Shown: positions 25,844-35,112 of the stretch, one piece after another | Layout: each line of letters starts with the position of its first letter | Numbering within the stretch: the first letter of the stretch is position 1 | Origin: Thermodesulfovibrionales bacterium | GTDB lineage: Bacteria > Nitrospirota > Thermodesulfovibrionia > Thermodesulfovibrionales > SM23-35 | NCBI GenBank assembly: GCA_030019415.1 | Contig: JASEEX010000006.1 | Coordinates: forward strand, 693-64,692 | Length of the DNA: 64,000 nt | Direction: 5' to 3' | Notes under the pieces: model-generated | Database searches by the model: none | Seen by the model: the letters and a program-made list of their open reading frames with translations, nothing else | Told to the model about the DNA's origin: nothing | Program-made: the position numbers and the translations under genes

Positions 25844-27133
25844 TTAGAAACGGGACAATGAATCATGGATAGAAGGCTTGTATATATGGAATTGATATTT
25901 GAGGATACTACTAACACGTTCAACAACAGGAGGGTGGGAATAATAAAATGCTGCATAGAGAGGATGGGGATGTAGATTTGAAAGGTTGTCCCTGGAGAGT
26001 TTTATCATTGACCTTGAAACAGCATCTATATTTCCTGTTAATTCACACGCAAAGCGATCTGCCTGCCTCTCAAATCTCCTTGAGATGTAGCTGCCCAGAG
26101 GAATAAAAAAGAAGGAGACGATACCGCCTATGAAACCCAGTATGACAATCTTCGCAAAGAACGTATCAGGTTCAATTCGAAACAAATCAGTAAGGAAATC
26201 TGTCTGAAGAATTCTGAAAGAGATGTAAATCCCTAAAAGTGAGGTAATCTCAGAGATGATGATGATTTTCAACAAATGTTTCTTCTTCCAGTGGCCTGCC
26301 TCATGGGATAGCACAGCAATTACCTCATCGTGGTTCATATTCTGTAGCAGCGTATCATAGAGGATTATCCTTTTAACCTTTCCTATACCTGTAAAATAGG
26401 CATTTGTGTGGAGGCTTCTCTTTGAGGCATCCATCTTGAAAACCCTGCTTACCTTTATACCAACTTTGCCCATTATCTCTTTAATTTTCTCAACAAACCC
26501 TACTTCCTCTAAAGGTGTAAATTTATTAAACAGTGGTTCGATAACATAAGGTGAAATATACATAATGAAGAGACTGAAGATGAGGTAAAAGCCCCATACC
26601 CATATCCACCAATGATTAGGGCTTAGCTGAATCAAACCAAGCGCAACAGATACTACAATCCCGATTAAAATTGTGGATAGCAGAAGTGACTTTAAAAGGT
26701 CTTTTATCCATAACTCCTTTGTCATGGTATTGAATCCGTATTTATTCTCTATCTTAAATGTGCTATAAAGGCTAAAGGGGATTGAAAGAAATGTAGCTCC
26801 GCAAATCAAAAGGAGAAAGAACAGGATGCCTGAAGGGATAAATGTAAGACCTAAAGAAGAAATCCATGAGTTATACATTCTCAGGAGACCTCCGAAAAGG
26901 AAAATGAGCAAGAGGACACTGCCGAACAATGACATAACAAGGGAAAGATAACTCTTTTCAATGGTATAGTCATATATCTTCCTCATTGTTGATTCATCAA
27001 TGTATCCTTTGAACACCGAAGGAATTTCTGTCTTATGGCTTTTCATGTGCCTCAAATTGATGATGTTAAGCCAGTATTTGAAGACCTGAACAAGGAGGTA
27101 ACTAAACAGGAGAACTAGTAGATATTTTTGCAT
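25844..27133 (-). CDS. M48A Ste24-type (CAAX prenyl protease-like) integral membrane metalloprotease
   Basis: Seven predicted TM segments, HEAGHWKKKH, and a distal E...HP motif. 429 aa. Confidence 0.85.
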   Translation of the reverse strand: MQKYLLVLLFSYLLVQVFKYWLNIINLRHMKSHKTEIPSVFKGYIDESTMRKIYDYTIEKSYLSLVMSLFGSVLLLIFLFGGLLRMYNSWISSLGLTFIPSGILFFLLLICGATFLSIPFSLYSTFKIENKYGFNTMTKELWIKDLLKSLLLSTILIGIVVSVALGLIQLSPNHWWIWVWGFYLIFSLFIMYISPYVIEPLFNKFTPLEEVGFVEKIKEIMGKVGIKVSRVFKMDASKRSLHTNAYFTGIGKVKRIILYDTLLQNMNHDEVIAVLSHEAGHWKKKHLLKIIIISEITSLLGIYISFRILQTDFLTDLFRIEPDTFFAKIVILGFIGGIVSFFFIPLGSYISRRFERQADRFACELTGNIDAVSRSMIKLSRDNLSNLHPHPLYAAFYYSHPPVVERVSSILKYQFHIYKPSIHDSLSRF

Positions 27134-27165
27134 GGTATTTTAAATAGCATTTTATCACTCATTTT

Positions 27166-27582
27166 CTATCCAATTTTTAGTCTTTCTACAATAGCACGAA
27201 TGACCCTTGAAACAACGATGATCATGAAGGAAGGAAGCCAGATCCATAAAAATTCACTTTTAATAACCATTAAGCCCCATTTACTAAAGAAACCTTTAAT
27301 ACCAATCGGAGAAACCATTATTGGTGTCCAAGGGAAGAAATACCTTTTGCTGTCAAAAGGAAAAAGTAAAGGAATTCCAAGACCTCCATTTGTGAAGGCA
27401 TCGAGGATACCATGACTTGCTGACAGCAGAAAAAAGAAAATGAAGTAAAAGAACCATTGCCTTGAAAAAATCTCAAGGTCACGGAAGAATGCAAGAAGCA
27501 AAATAATACTCATTAGTAAAGCAAAAAATGGTAAGTGGAAGGATTGAGAGAGGGATGATACCGAGGCAGGTGATTGCAGCAC
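27166..27582 (-). pseudogene. fragment of a DUF457/YdjM-type membrane-bound metal-dependent hydrolase
   Basis: HGILDAFTNGGLGIPLLFPF motif. The N-terminus is missing. It starts one codon after the stop of an unrelated MFS fragment. Confidence 0.5.
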
Positions 27583-27858
27583 CTATAAAAGAAAAGTCAT
27601 CTGGAAACCTATTGTCTCAAAGAGGAAACCGCCAATAGCTGGTCCAACTACCCAACCAAGAGACATAGTTTTCTGATAGACGCCCATAGCCCAACCTCTT
27701 CTGTCTGGGGAAATGATGTCAGCAATGTAGGCATTCGCCGATGCGCCTGCCCTAAAAATCTCATAGAGATAAAGGGAGAACATTGAGTATATTATTCCAG
27801 AACAAACCATTAGGGGGAATATACAGGCACATAGAATATAGAGTTTTTTCTTATCCAT
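27583..27858 (-). pseudogene. MFS transporter fragment (91 codons)
   Basis: TM1 and a DRRGWAMGVYQ...GPAIGG motif region only. Far too short for an MFS protein. Confidence 0.5.
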
Positions 27859-28185
27859 GACTTTGCCTCCTCATACATTCATGATGAATTAATATGTATT
27901 TTTCGAAATTTTCGCCGAATATGCGAATATTGTACGGTCATCCTCTAAAAAATCACAACCATTAGCGGCAGGGATCGGAAAAAGTAAGCTATCAAAAATA
28001 GTCTTCTCAATGAAAAATCAAAGGTTTGATAGTTTCAATATTTTTTAAACTCCTCGGGGGCTTTTCCTTCTGGATCGTAAGTCCCGAATGTTTGATCTTA
28101 TCCTTCGAGGTTAAAATATCATATAAAACATTATGAGTGAAATTATAGTCACCTATGGCATAGACATCATCAAAAGGACAAGGTC

Positions 28186-28579
28186 GTGAGTTTTGACTGT
28201 TATGGAACGCTTATTGATTGGGAAAGAGGTATCTTGGCAGCACTAAAGCCAGTTCTTACAGCTCACAGTGTCTGCGAAGCATCTTAAAGTTGAATTTGAC
28301 TGGGTCATAACGGCAGAGCGGGTAAGGAGCTATAAGCCCTCATTATCTAATTTCGAATTTGCCCTTGAGATGATGAGGGTTTCGCCTAGAAAGATTTTAC
28401 ACATCGCACAGAGCATTTATCATGATGTTATTCCAGCAAAGGCATTGGGTCTTTCAACTATCTGGGTCAACAGGAGAAAAGATAAAGAAGGATTCGGAGC
28501 AACACCGCCAGCAATCGGTCATCCTGACCTTGAAATGCCAGATTTAAAAACATTGGTTTCTATCATATCTTTCTTCTAA
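28186..28579 (+). pseudogene. HAD-type (2-haloacid dehalogenase-like) hydrolase with central deletion/frameshift
   Basis: N-terminal piece [17 protein letters not shown] ends at a stop. The C-terminal piece in another frame has SYKPS...HIAQSIYHDV...WVNRR. Confidence 0.55.
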
Positions 28580-28830
28580 CCATACCTTATCTTTAATGTG
28601 AGGATTATGATTACCAATATAAGCGTTATTCCGTTTGCCAAAATTATAGGTATCTTACCAATCAAAATCCCATAAATTAACCACAGAAATACGCCCATGG
28701 AAAATATGGAAAATGTAGCTAAAGAAAGGGCTTCAGTATTCTTCGTTCTTATCACCTTTATTACCTGAGGGAGAAACGAAATGGTGCACAATAAACCAGC
28801 AATCAAACCTATCAAAAATTCAACACTCAT
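28576..28830 (-). CDS. SemiSWEET / PQ-loop family transporter
   Basis: 84 aa, three TM helices, and the FLPQVIKVIRTK PQ motif. Confidence 0.7.
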   Translation of the reverse strand: MSVEFLIGLIAGLLCTISFLPQVIKVIRTKNTEALSLATFSIFSMGVFLWLIYGILIGKIPIILANGITLILVIIILTLKIRYG

Positions 28831-28898
28831 CACAAATGCTATGTCTTTGATTAACCTTTCTATTATTTTTAACTCTTTAAACATTACCATTGCCATTT

Positions 28899-29333
28899 TT
28901 AAATTAACAACCTGGAAATAATCTCTCCTATATTATAAATGTCCTGTAGATTAACTGATTCCTCCCTACCATGAATATTTGAGTCGCCCCGGGCCACTCC
29001 AAAACCAAAAGGAATTGCTCCCCATTTCAGGGTCGAAGAGGGAAGATCGCCTGAACCCATTGTCCCATATTTGCCAGTGGTTCCAGTAACTTCTTTGATT
29101 ATCCTGGCCAATTCATCCTCTAATCCAAGGAGCAATCCCACAATCGATCCTTTCACATCAGCTGCCCCTCGGCCAAAAATCTTTCCCTCTTCTAATCTCG
29201 GGGTAAACGGTTGCCAATCTTCATCGGCAGGGACAACATCGATATGACTGTAGAAAATTAGCCGTGGCTTCCCCGGATTTCTATTTCTTTTGTGGGCAAT
29301 CAGGCTGAAGCGACCTTCTAAATTATCTGCCTT
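28899..29333 (-). pseudogene. M20 family (ArgE/DapE-like) peptidase remnant lacking its central domain
   Basis: The open frame without a start codon reads PRLIFYSHIDVVPA...GRGAADVKGS and is fused to a short C-terminal tail. The catalytic/dimerisation core is absent. Confidence 0.6.
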
Positions 29334-29518
29334 TCAATTCTGCGGAAGAGAAATTTTTCCAAGCCAGAGCTCTAAAAGTTAGTGTAAAATTTTTAAATAG
29401 GCTTTAAGCTCAATGAAACTCAGAGTCCTTTTAAGCTCTTCTGTAATCGAGATTAACAGGACTTTGAAAATAGATGTAGATTACTCGTAATCATCATAGT
29501 ATATTTGACTATATTAAA

Positions 29519-29657
29519 CCCAAATCCAGCGATAAACGTGCAAACCATTGCTATTGTGTCACCCTGAGCGTGTCGAAGGGTGACACTGATGTCATGGTTC
29601 GACTGGCTCACCATGACATTATCGCTTCATTACGACAAATTTATCGCTGGATTTGGG
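29519..29657. mobile_element. 139-bp MITE with 18-bp perfect TIRs (CCCAAATCCAGCGATAAA) and a TTAAA target-site duplication
   Basis: The TIRs are read directly. TTAAA lies at 29514-29518 and 29658-29662. Internal hairpins are GTGTCACCCT...AGGGTGACAC and ATGTCATGGT...ACCATGACAT. Confidence 0.75.
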
Positions 29658-29703
29658 TTAAAGTATTCATGTTCATATATGGAAATCAACGAGGTTGAAC
29701 CAC

Positions 29704-30261
29704 ATGGATAAAAAATTGTGCCCCGCGTGGGTTGGTTATCTCCTTGTCAGTCCGCTGAGAACCTTGATGCAGAATCCTAAAAAAATACTTAGCCCGTATG
29801 TGTCTTCAGGTATGAAGGTATTGGATATAGGCTGTGGAATGGGATTTTTTAGTTTACCCATTGCACGGATGGTAGGTTCAAATGGCAAGGTTATATGTGT
29901 GGATGTTCAGGAGAGGATGATCAAGTCACTTCAGAAACGTGCCAAGAAAGCAGGGTTGACCGATAGAATTGAAACACGCATATGCCATCGGAATTCTCTC
30001 GGTTTGGATGACCTAAATAAAGAGATTGATTTTGCGCTATCCTTTGCTGTTGTGCACGAAGTTCCTAATGTTGTTCAATTCTTCTCTGATATATACAAAA
30101 CACTTAAGCCGACAGGAACATTCTTGGTAGCAGAACCAAAGGGACATGTGTCAGAAAAAGATTTTGAGATGACCATCTCTATTGCAAAACATAATGGTTT
30201 CATAGTTGATAACAACCCTAAGGTATGGCGTAGTCGAGCAGTTCTACTCAGAAAGAAGTGA
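29704..30261 (+). CDS. class I SAM-dependent methyltransferase
   Basis: Motif I VLDIGCGMGFF. 185 aa from the ATG at 29704. Confidence 0.8.
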   Translation: MDKKLCPAWVGYLLVSPLRTLMQNPKKILSPYVSSGMKVLDIGCGMGFFSLPIARMVGSNGKVICVDVQERMIKSLQKRAKKAGLTDRIETRICHRNSLGLDDLNKEIDFALSFAVVHEVPNVVQFFSDIYKTLKPTGTFLVAEPKGHVSEKDFEMTISIAKHNGFIVDNNPKVWRSRAVLLRKK

Positions 30262-30304
30262 TGACGTTGGAAAGGAATTATTGGTGAAACACAACATTAT
30301 ACTT

Positions 30305-31040
30305 TCAGAAAACAACTGGTAGTTGACGCCTTGCAGTGGACATAAAGCCAAAGAGTTCCCAAGGATCAAGGTCACATCCAATAACGGGAAGTTTTGGTGG
30401 TTCTTCTGGGTTCATGAAATACTCTTTCCAGTTACCTATTATTTCCTTACCCATAGCCAATCCCATTTGATAAAGCCCTGAGCCAGGAAATGGCTTGGGA
30501 ATTCCAAACCAATAGGAGTCTAAATTGAGCTTTTTGGCAAATTCGAGGGTTCTTTTACAGGAGTTGGCATCTTCGCCGGGATAGCCAAATAAAAAGGCAG
30601 CGAAGGTTTCCATGCCATATTTTTTAATCTGTTCACATGCCTCCCGTAGCTGAGAAGTAGTAAAGGGTTTATTTGCTCTCTGGAGAATAGCATCATCCCC
30701 TGAGTCAGCGGTCCAGAATTTTACCCTCTCACAGCCATGCCTGGCTATCAATTCAATCTTCTCCATATTTAGAAGATTGGGTATAGAAGTAATTTCCCAT
30801 TTCATTCTTAATTATCCCGGCTAAACGATATATTTCAGGCATCAAAAATGTCATAGATGTAAATCCAACAATCTCATATCCCCCATCATTGATATATGCC
30901 AGAAGTCTGCCATCAGGCATACCTGCGGTATTCAATATGTCTGCCATGTGCCCTGATGCTCTGATCCTTGCTGCTATATAACCTATTCCCAGAGGCGGCG
31001 AATTCAGACTTATTTGAGGAATTACTAATAATACTCTCAT
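30305..31040 (-). pseudogene. B12-binding radical SAM enzyme with the CxxxCxxC core deleted
   Basis: An N-terminal B12-binding-like piece (95 codons) and a distal radical-SAM barrel piece (166 codons) lie in different frames. No Cys motif remains. Confidence 0.6.
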
Positions 31041-31256
31041 AAAAAATTATAAATCATCAGGTGCAAAATATTTTTTATTGATGTTTCTTTTAAAGGAAGG
31101 GGATCAATGTGGGAAAATGAGGAGGCTTCCCTTTAAATACATGAGCTTTGCTCCACGGGAAATGTGGCTGAAACCCTTTCCTGAACTCTTGAAAGAACCT
31201 TTGCAAAACGGTAAAAATAATTAAGCCAAAGCAATAGACAACTATTTATTCATGAC

Positions 31257-31910
31257 TCAAAAGATCCCCGAGAGTTTTCTTTTACATGCCGGGCAGAATT
31301 CGTAGCCTTTTCTGTCTGTATCTGCTAAGGTGTTTGAAAAAAACATTACACATCGAGGGTTGTTGCAATGACCTAATCCATAGGTATGACCTAATTCATG
31401 AACAGCTTCAGTTAAGGCTCTCTTATAAAAAAGCCCTTTGTCTTCTGGTAAGCCATAAAATCCTTGCCTTAGACGGGTTAGAGAAATTACAGCCACTTTT
31501 TTGCTAGCCTCTCCAAAGACGAAATTTAACTGAGGCACATATAAATCGTGATCAACTACTCCTAAAACCTTTTCATATGCATTGTATTCTTTTTGCTTTA
31601 TAAGGGTATTTAATATAGCCGTGGATAAATACTGATTTCTTTTCTTATCAAAGGCGTAATCAGGCTCAGGCATTCCTTTGCCAATAAATACCTTCCTGTT
31701 AAATATCCTTCCTAAATCATCCTTAAGTCTCTCGATAGCCTCTTTGTTTACTTCGCCAATAGGCACCAAAACAATGCCTGCGCCCTGATTCCTTTCCATT
31801 GCAAATGAATCAACGTTTGAAAAGATTCTCGGTAAGCGGAATAAACCCAAGCAAAAAGCGATTATAAAGCCTAATTTCATTATATCAATCACGCGTACTG
31901 GGTTTAACAA
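31257..31910 (-). CDS. archaemetzincin (peptidase M54) family zinc protease
   Basis: HELGHTYGLGHCNNPRCVM...CPAC matches the HExxHxxGx3Cx4CxM...CxxC archaemetzincin signature. N-terminal hydrophobic segment. Confidence 0.85.
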   Translation of the reverse strand: MLNPVRVIDIMKLGFIIAFCLGLFRLPRIFSNVDSFAMERNQGAGIVLVPIGEVNKEAIERLKDDLGRIFNRKVFIGKGMPEPDYAFDKKRNQYLSTAILNTLIKQKEYNAYEKVLGVVDHDLYVPQLNFVFGEASKKVAVISLTRLRQGFYGLPEDKGLFYKRALTEAVHELGHTYGLGHCNNPRCVMFFSNTLADTDRKGYEFCPACKRKLSGIF

Positions 31911-31924
31911 TGTTCCGAGTGACT

Positions 31925-32032
31925 CTACCTTAATACATCTTTAAATGCTTTACCAGCTGTAAACTTAGGAACCTTACGTGCAGGGATTCTTATTTCCTCA
32001 CCAGTTTTTGGATTTTTACCCTTCTTTCCTTT
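31925..32032 (-). pseudogene. C-terminal remnant of an HU/IHF-family DNA-binding protein
   Basis: [35 protein letters not shown] is the HU arm and C-terminus. Preceded by a stop, with no N-terminal half. Confidence 0.55.
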
Positions 32033-32054
32033 CTACTGGAGACTGAGAAGGTGC

Positions 32055-32567
32055 CTAAACCACTTTTAAAATAGCCTCTTTAAAACTTTTTACCTTTTTT
32101 GATAAGGGTTTTTCATCAGGAAAGCCCAGGCCAATATTTGCAATTATCCTATAATCTTTGGGTATGCCAAGAACTCTTCTAACATGGTCTTCCCTTTCTC
32201 GGGTTCCTGGCAAATAAACAGCATTCCAGCAGCCGCCTAATCCCAAAGAATGCGCCTCAAGCAAAAGTAACATTGTTGCACAGGAACAATCCTCTAACCA
32301 GTGGGTACTTTTATTTTCGTCTGCGAGTGCGACTATGACAATAGGTGCGTTTTCTAAAAATCTGGAATAGGGCTGGGTTTTACTGAGCTCCTTTATCTTT
32401 TCTATGTCTTTTACCAGAACAAATGACCAGGGTTGGGAATCTTTTGAGGAGGGTGCATAGCATGCAGCCTCTATGCACCTTTTGATTAGTCTTTCATCAG
32501 GTATTTCCTTTTTATATCTCCTTATACTTCTTCTGGTTTTTATTATTTCGAAAATATCTCTTTGCAT
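32055..32567 (-). CDS. nitroreductase family protein
   Basis: RRSIRRY and APSSKDSQPW motifs. 170 aa. Confidence 0.85.
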   Translation of the reverse strand: MQRDIFEIIKTRRSIRRYKKEIPDERLIKRCIEAACYAPSSKDSQPWSFVLVKDIEKIKELSKTQPYSRFLENAPIVIVALADENKSTHWLEDCSCATMLLLLEAHSLGLGGCWNAVYLPGTREREDHVRRVLGIPKDYRIIANIGLGFPDEKPLSKKVKSFKEAILKVV

Positions 32568-32579
32568 GATATGTCCTAT

Positions 32580-32906
32580 CTACATCCCATTTTTGATCCC
32601 CTGAGGAATCCTTATCAGTAGATCTTTTGATCTTCCCCATCTCTTTCTTGCAGGATATTCTATTTTTCTACCAATCTCTTCCGGACTGATAGAGATGGTA
32701 TCACGCAAATCTTTTCCTCTCTCGGGAATTTCTAGCTCATCCAGAAGTTTCCTTTGAAAATGTCCAAAGAGCCTGTTTAACAATCTCAAGGGGAAAGGTA
32801 ATCTATAGCCTGGATGATACATGCTTTTACCTTCGCCCCTTTGCCAGCCTTTCTGGAAGGCCCTTCCGACTCCATCATATACCTCACGAGGCTTATCAGA
32901 TTTCAA
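32580..32906 (-). pseudogene. possible DnaJ/CbpA C-terminal-domain-like fragment
   Basis: GKDLRDTISISPEEI...LLIRIPQGIKNG resembles the start of DnaJ CTD-I. No J domain, TTG start, ends abruptly. Confidence 0.3.
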
Positions 32907-32940
32907 GGAAATTTAAATTAATATTAACGCATTAAGTAAA

Positions 32941-33041
32941 GTGTCATTGCTCGCCCCGTAGATATAATTATCAACGGGGCGAGGAGCGGAGCGACAAAGC
33001 AATCCCAACGTCAGAGATTGCTTCGCTATCGCTCGCAATGA
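32941..33041. repeat. GC-rich composite palindromic repeat
   Basis: TGTCATTGC...GCAATGACA outer arms. Inner hairpins CTCGCCCCG-(16)-CGGGGCGAG and GAGCGGAGCGACAAAGCAATC-(11)-GATTGCTTCGCTATCGCTC. Confidence 0.65.
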
Positions 33042-33067
33042 CAATGTAACACTAATTATTACGTTTA

Positions 33068-34036
33068 CTATAGAGTGGCTAAACGTCCAATCCTCTTTAA
33101 TATATTTGGATGTGTAGTGAGAAGTTCTGCTATCTTTTCCCCTGCTCCCAATTTTACCTTCATTGACCTCAGAGCCATAAGCTCACCCTGATCAATTGTG
33201 CCTGAGTAATCTCTATCAATTGCTTTTAAATCAGCTATCTCATTATGGGCCCTGCCAACATCATTCAAAAAGAAGGCCCTTAATCCTTCCACCCGGTGTA
33301 ATTCTTCCTTTCCCCGGGCAGTTTCTCTTGCTTTTGCTGAGCCATAAACCAGTTTGTAGAGAGCTGATGCCAGAGAATGAGGTGGGTTTCCCAATCTCAC
33401 ACTTTTCTCATCAGCATAATATTCCCTGATGCGGGAACCGGCTAAAACAAGAAGATTGGTGATGAGGTAAGCCAGCATTGCTCCCACACCAATTAAAGCA
33501 GTATAACCTCCGCCTTCTCTTCTTCTGCCAATTCCTTCCCACATGAGGCTCCAGGCAATCCAGTAGCAAATCAGAGGTATAACTGAAAGCAAGGTGATAA
33601 CCATCATGTCCCGGTGTTTGATATGGGCGATCTCATGACCGATTACTGCCTTTAGCTCATCTTTATTGAGTAATCTCCTGATTCCTTGTGTGATGCAAAC
33701 CCTTCCGTCACCTTGACTCCTTCCAAAGGCAAAGGCATTGGGAATTGAAAGCTGGGAAATTCCTATCTTCGGTTTTGGGATTCCTACCTTCCGGGATAAT
33801 TCCTCTACCACTCTGTGAAGTTCAGGTTCCTCCTGTTCTGAAACATATTTTACTGCCATCATCATTGATACCAGAGAAGGGCCTATTAAATACTGAATGC
33901 CTGTCAGCATCACAGCCAGAATTATATAGCTACTGGCACCTCCTACTCCCAGATAACTTCCAATTCCAGTAATCACTCCATAAAGGATGGCGAACATCGC
34001 TACTACCAATAACCACATCTTTAGTTGAAGTCCCAT
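33068..34036 (-). CDS. htpX: M48B HtpX-type membrane zinc protease
   Basis: HEIAHIKHRDM, four TM segments, and a C-terminal THPNILKRI motif. Carries an EF-hand-like loop, DRDYSGTIDQGE. Confidence 0.85.
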   Translation of the reverse strand: MGLQLKMWLLVVAMFAILYGVITGIGSYLGVGGASSYIILAVMLTGIQYLIGPSLVSMMMAVKYVSEQEEPELHRVVEELSRKVGIPKPKIGISQLSIPNAFAFGRSQGDGRVCITQGIRRLLNKDELKAVIGHEIAHIKHRDMMVITLLSVIPLICYWIAWSLMWEGIGRRREGGGYTALIGVGAMLAYLITNLLVLAGSRIREYYADEKSVRLGNPPHSLASALYKLVYGSAKARETARGKEELHRVEGLRAFFLNDVGRAHNEIADLKAIDRDYSGTIDQGELMALRSMKVKLGAGEKIAELLTTHPNILKRIGRLATL

Positions 34037-34266
34037 GTCAGTTCACCCACCTATAGACTAATTTTATGAGATTAATAAACTGATGTGAAACAGGTTTTAA
34101 AAATATTATAGTAATTACATGACAAGAGGTCAACGTTACGAATTGCCTCATCAAAAATCTTCATCGCCTTTCTATCCTCCAAAAAGTTTTTGTTTTAACC
34201 CTCTTGGAATAATAGTACTTGCCAGAAATATTGTATGCAAAAATGACCACAGAAAATACTGTAGTT

Positions 34267-35052
34267 TCAGGCCTTCAAGGTTCTACTCTCCTTGTTAAAT
34301 ATCTCCAGTCCCGCTTCTTTTAGTCTGTAGATTGTGTGAGGATAAGGGTCGCATGTTTCTTCCTCCAGGGAGTCTTTATAGCCAATTTCACTGAGCTTCT
34401 TCAACATGGCTACCCTTTCTTCAGGAGGCATTAGTCTCGGGTCGCTCATGGCTGCCACATGGAAGGATATCTTTTCCTTCACAAGATGTCTGATGGCGTT
34501 GTAAGGTAGCTCGTAAAAATCACCTTTTGCACCTGTCCTCCTCTGGAATCCCTGTGGTGTGCCTGCCTTAAGTGATACCCTTACATGGATATTTGTGTAT
34601 TTAGTCAGTCTCTCGGCATACCCTTCATCAGCACCGAAAAGTATGCCATTTGTCTCGAGGATGAAGAGATAACCTTTTCCTTCAATCAAGTCAAGAAGGC
34701 TAAGGAGATGATTACGACAGAGGGTTGGCTCTCCACCTGATATCCTCATCCTCTTTACCCTTTCTTTTTTTGCGTTCTTTAAGAGTTGTTCAAAGGCATT
34801 TTCAGGAGAATAGAAACTTCCGAACTTCTCAGGGAAATCCCTCGAAAAATCAACCCAGCAAAAGATACACCTCAGGCAGCAACCGATGGTGTAGCCCGTG
34901 GATATGCCTCCATAGACTCCTGTGCAATAGAAATCAGTATACTTTCTCATTGAGCCCTTACAGACAATATCTTCTGTCCATGAGGCAAGGGCAACAGGGT
35001 CAAATGGCTCGAAGCCAGGTTTTAAATATCTTGGATATTCCTCTTTTTCCAT
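34267..35052 (-). CDS. small radical SAM protein of unknown function
   Basis: CCLRCIFCW (Cx3Cx2C), SGGEPT glycine-rich SAM motif, and ETNG. 261 aa. Confidence 0.8.
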   Translation of the reverse strand: MEKEEYPRYLKPGFEPFDPVALASWTEDIVCKGSMRKYTDFYCTGVYGGISTGYTIGCCLRCIFCWVDFSRDFPEKFGSFYSPENAFEQLLKNAKKERVKRMRISGGEPTLCRNHLLSLLDLIEGKGYLFILETNGILFGADEGYAERLTKYTNIHVRVSLKAGTPQGFQRRTGAKGDFYELPYNAIRHLVKEKISFHVAAMSDPRLMPPEERVAMLKKLSEIGYKDSLEEETCDPYPHTIYRLKEAGLEIFNKESRTLKA

Positions 35053-35112
35053 TTCATCTATTCCTCATTTTACCCTATGCCCTAACTTCAGGAAAACGAA
35101 AAATTTTTAGGT

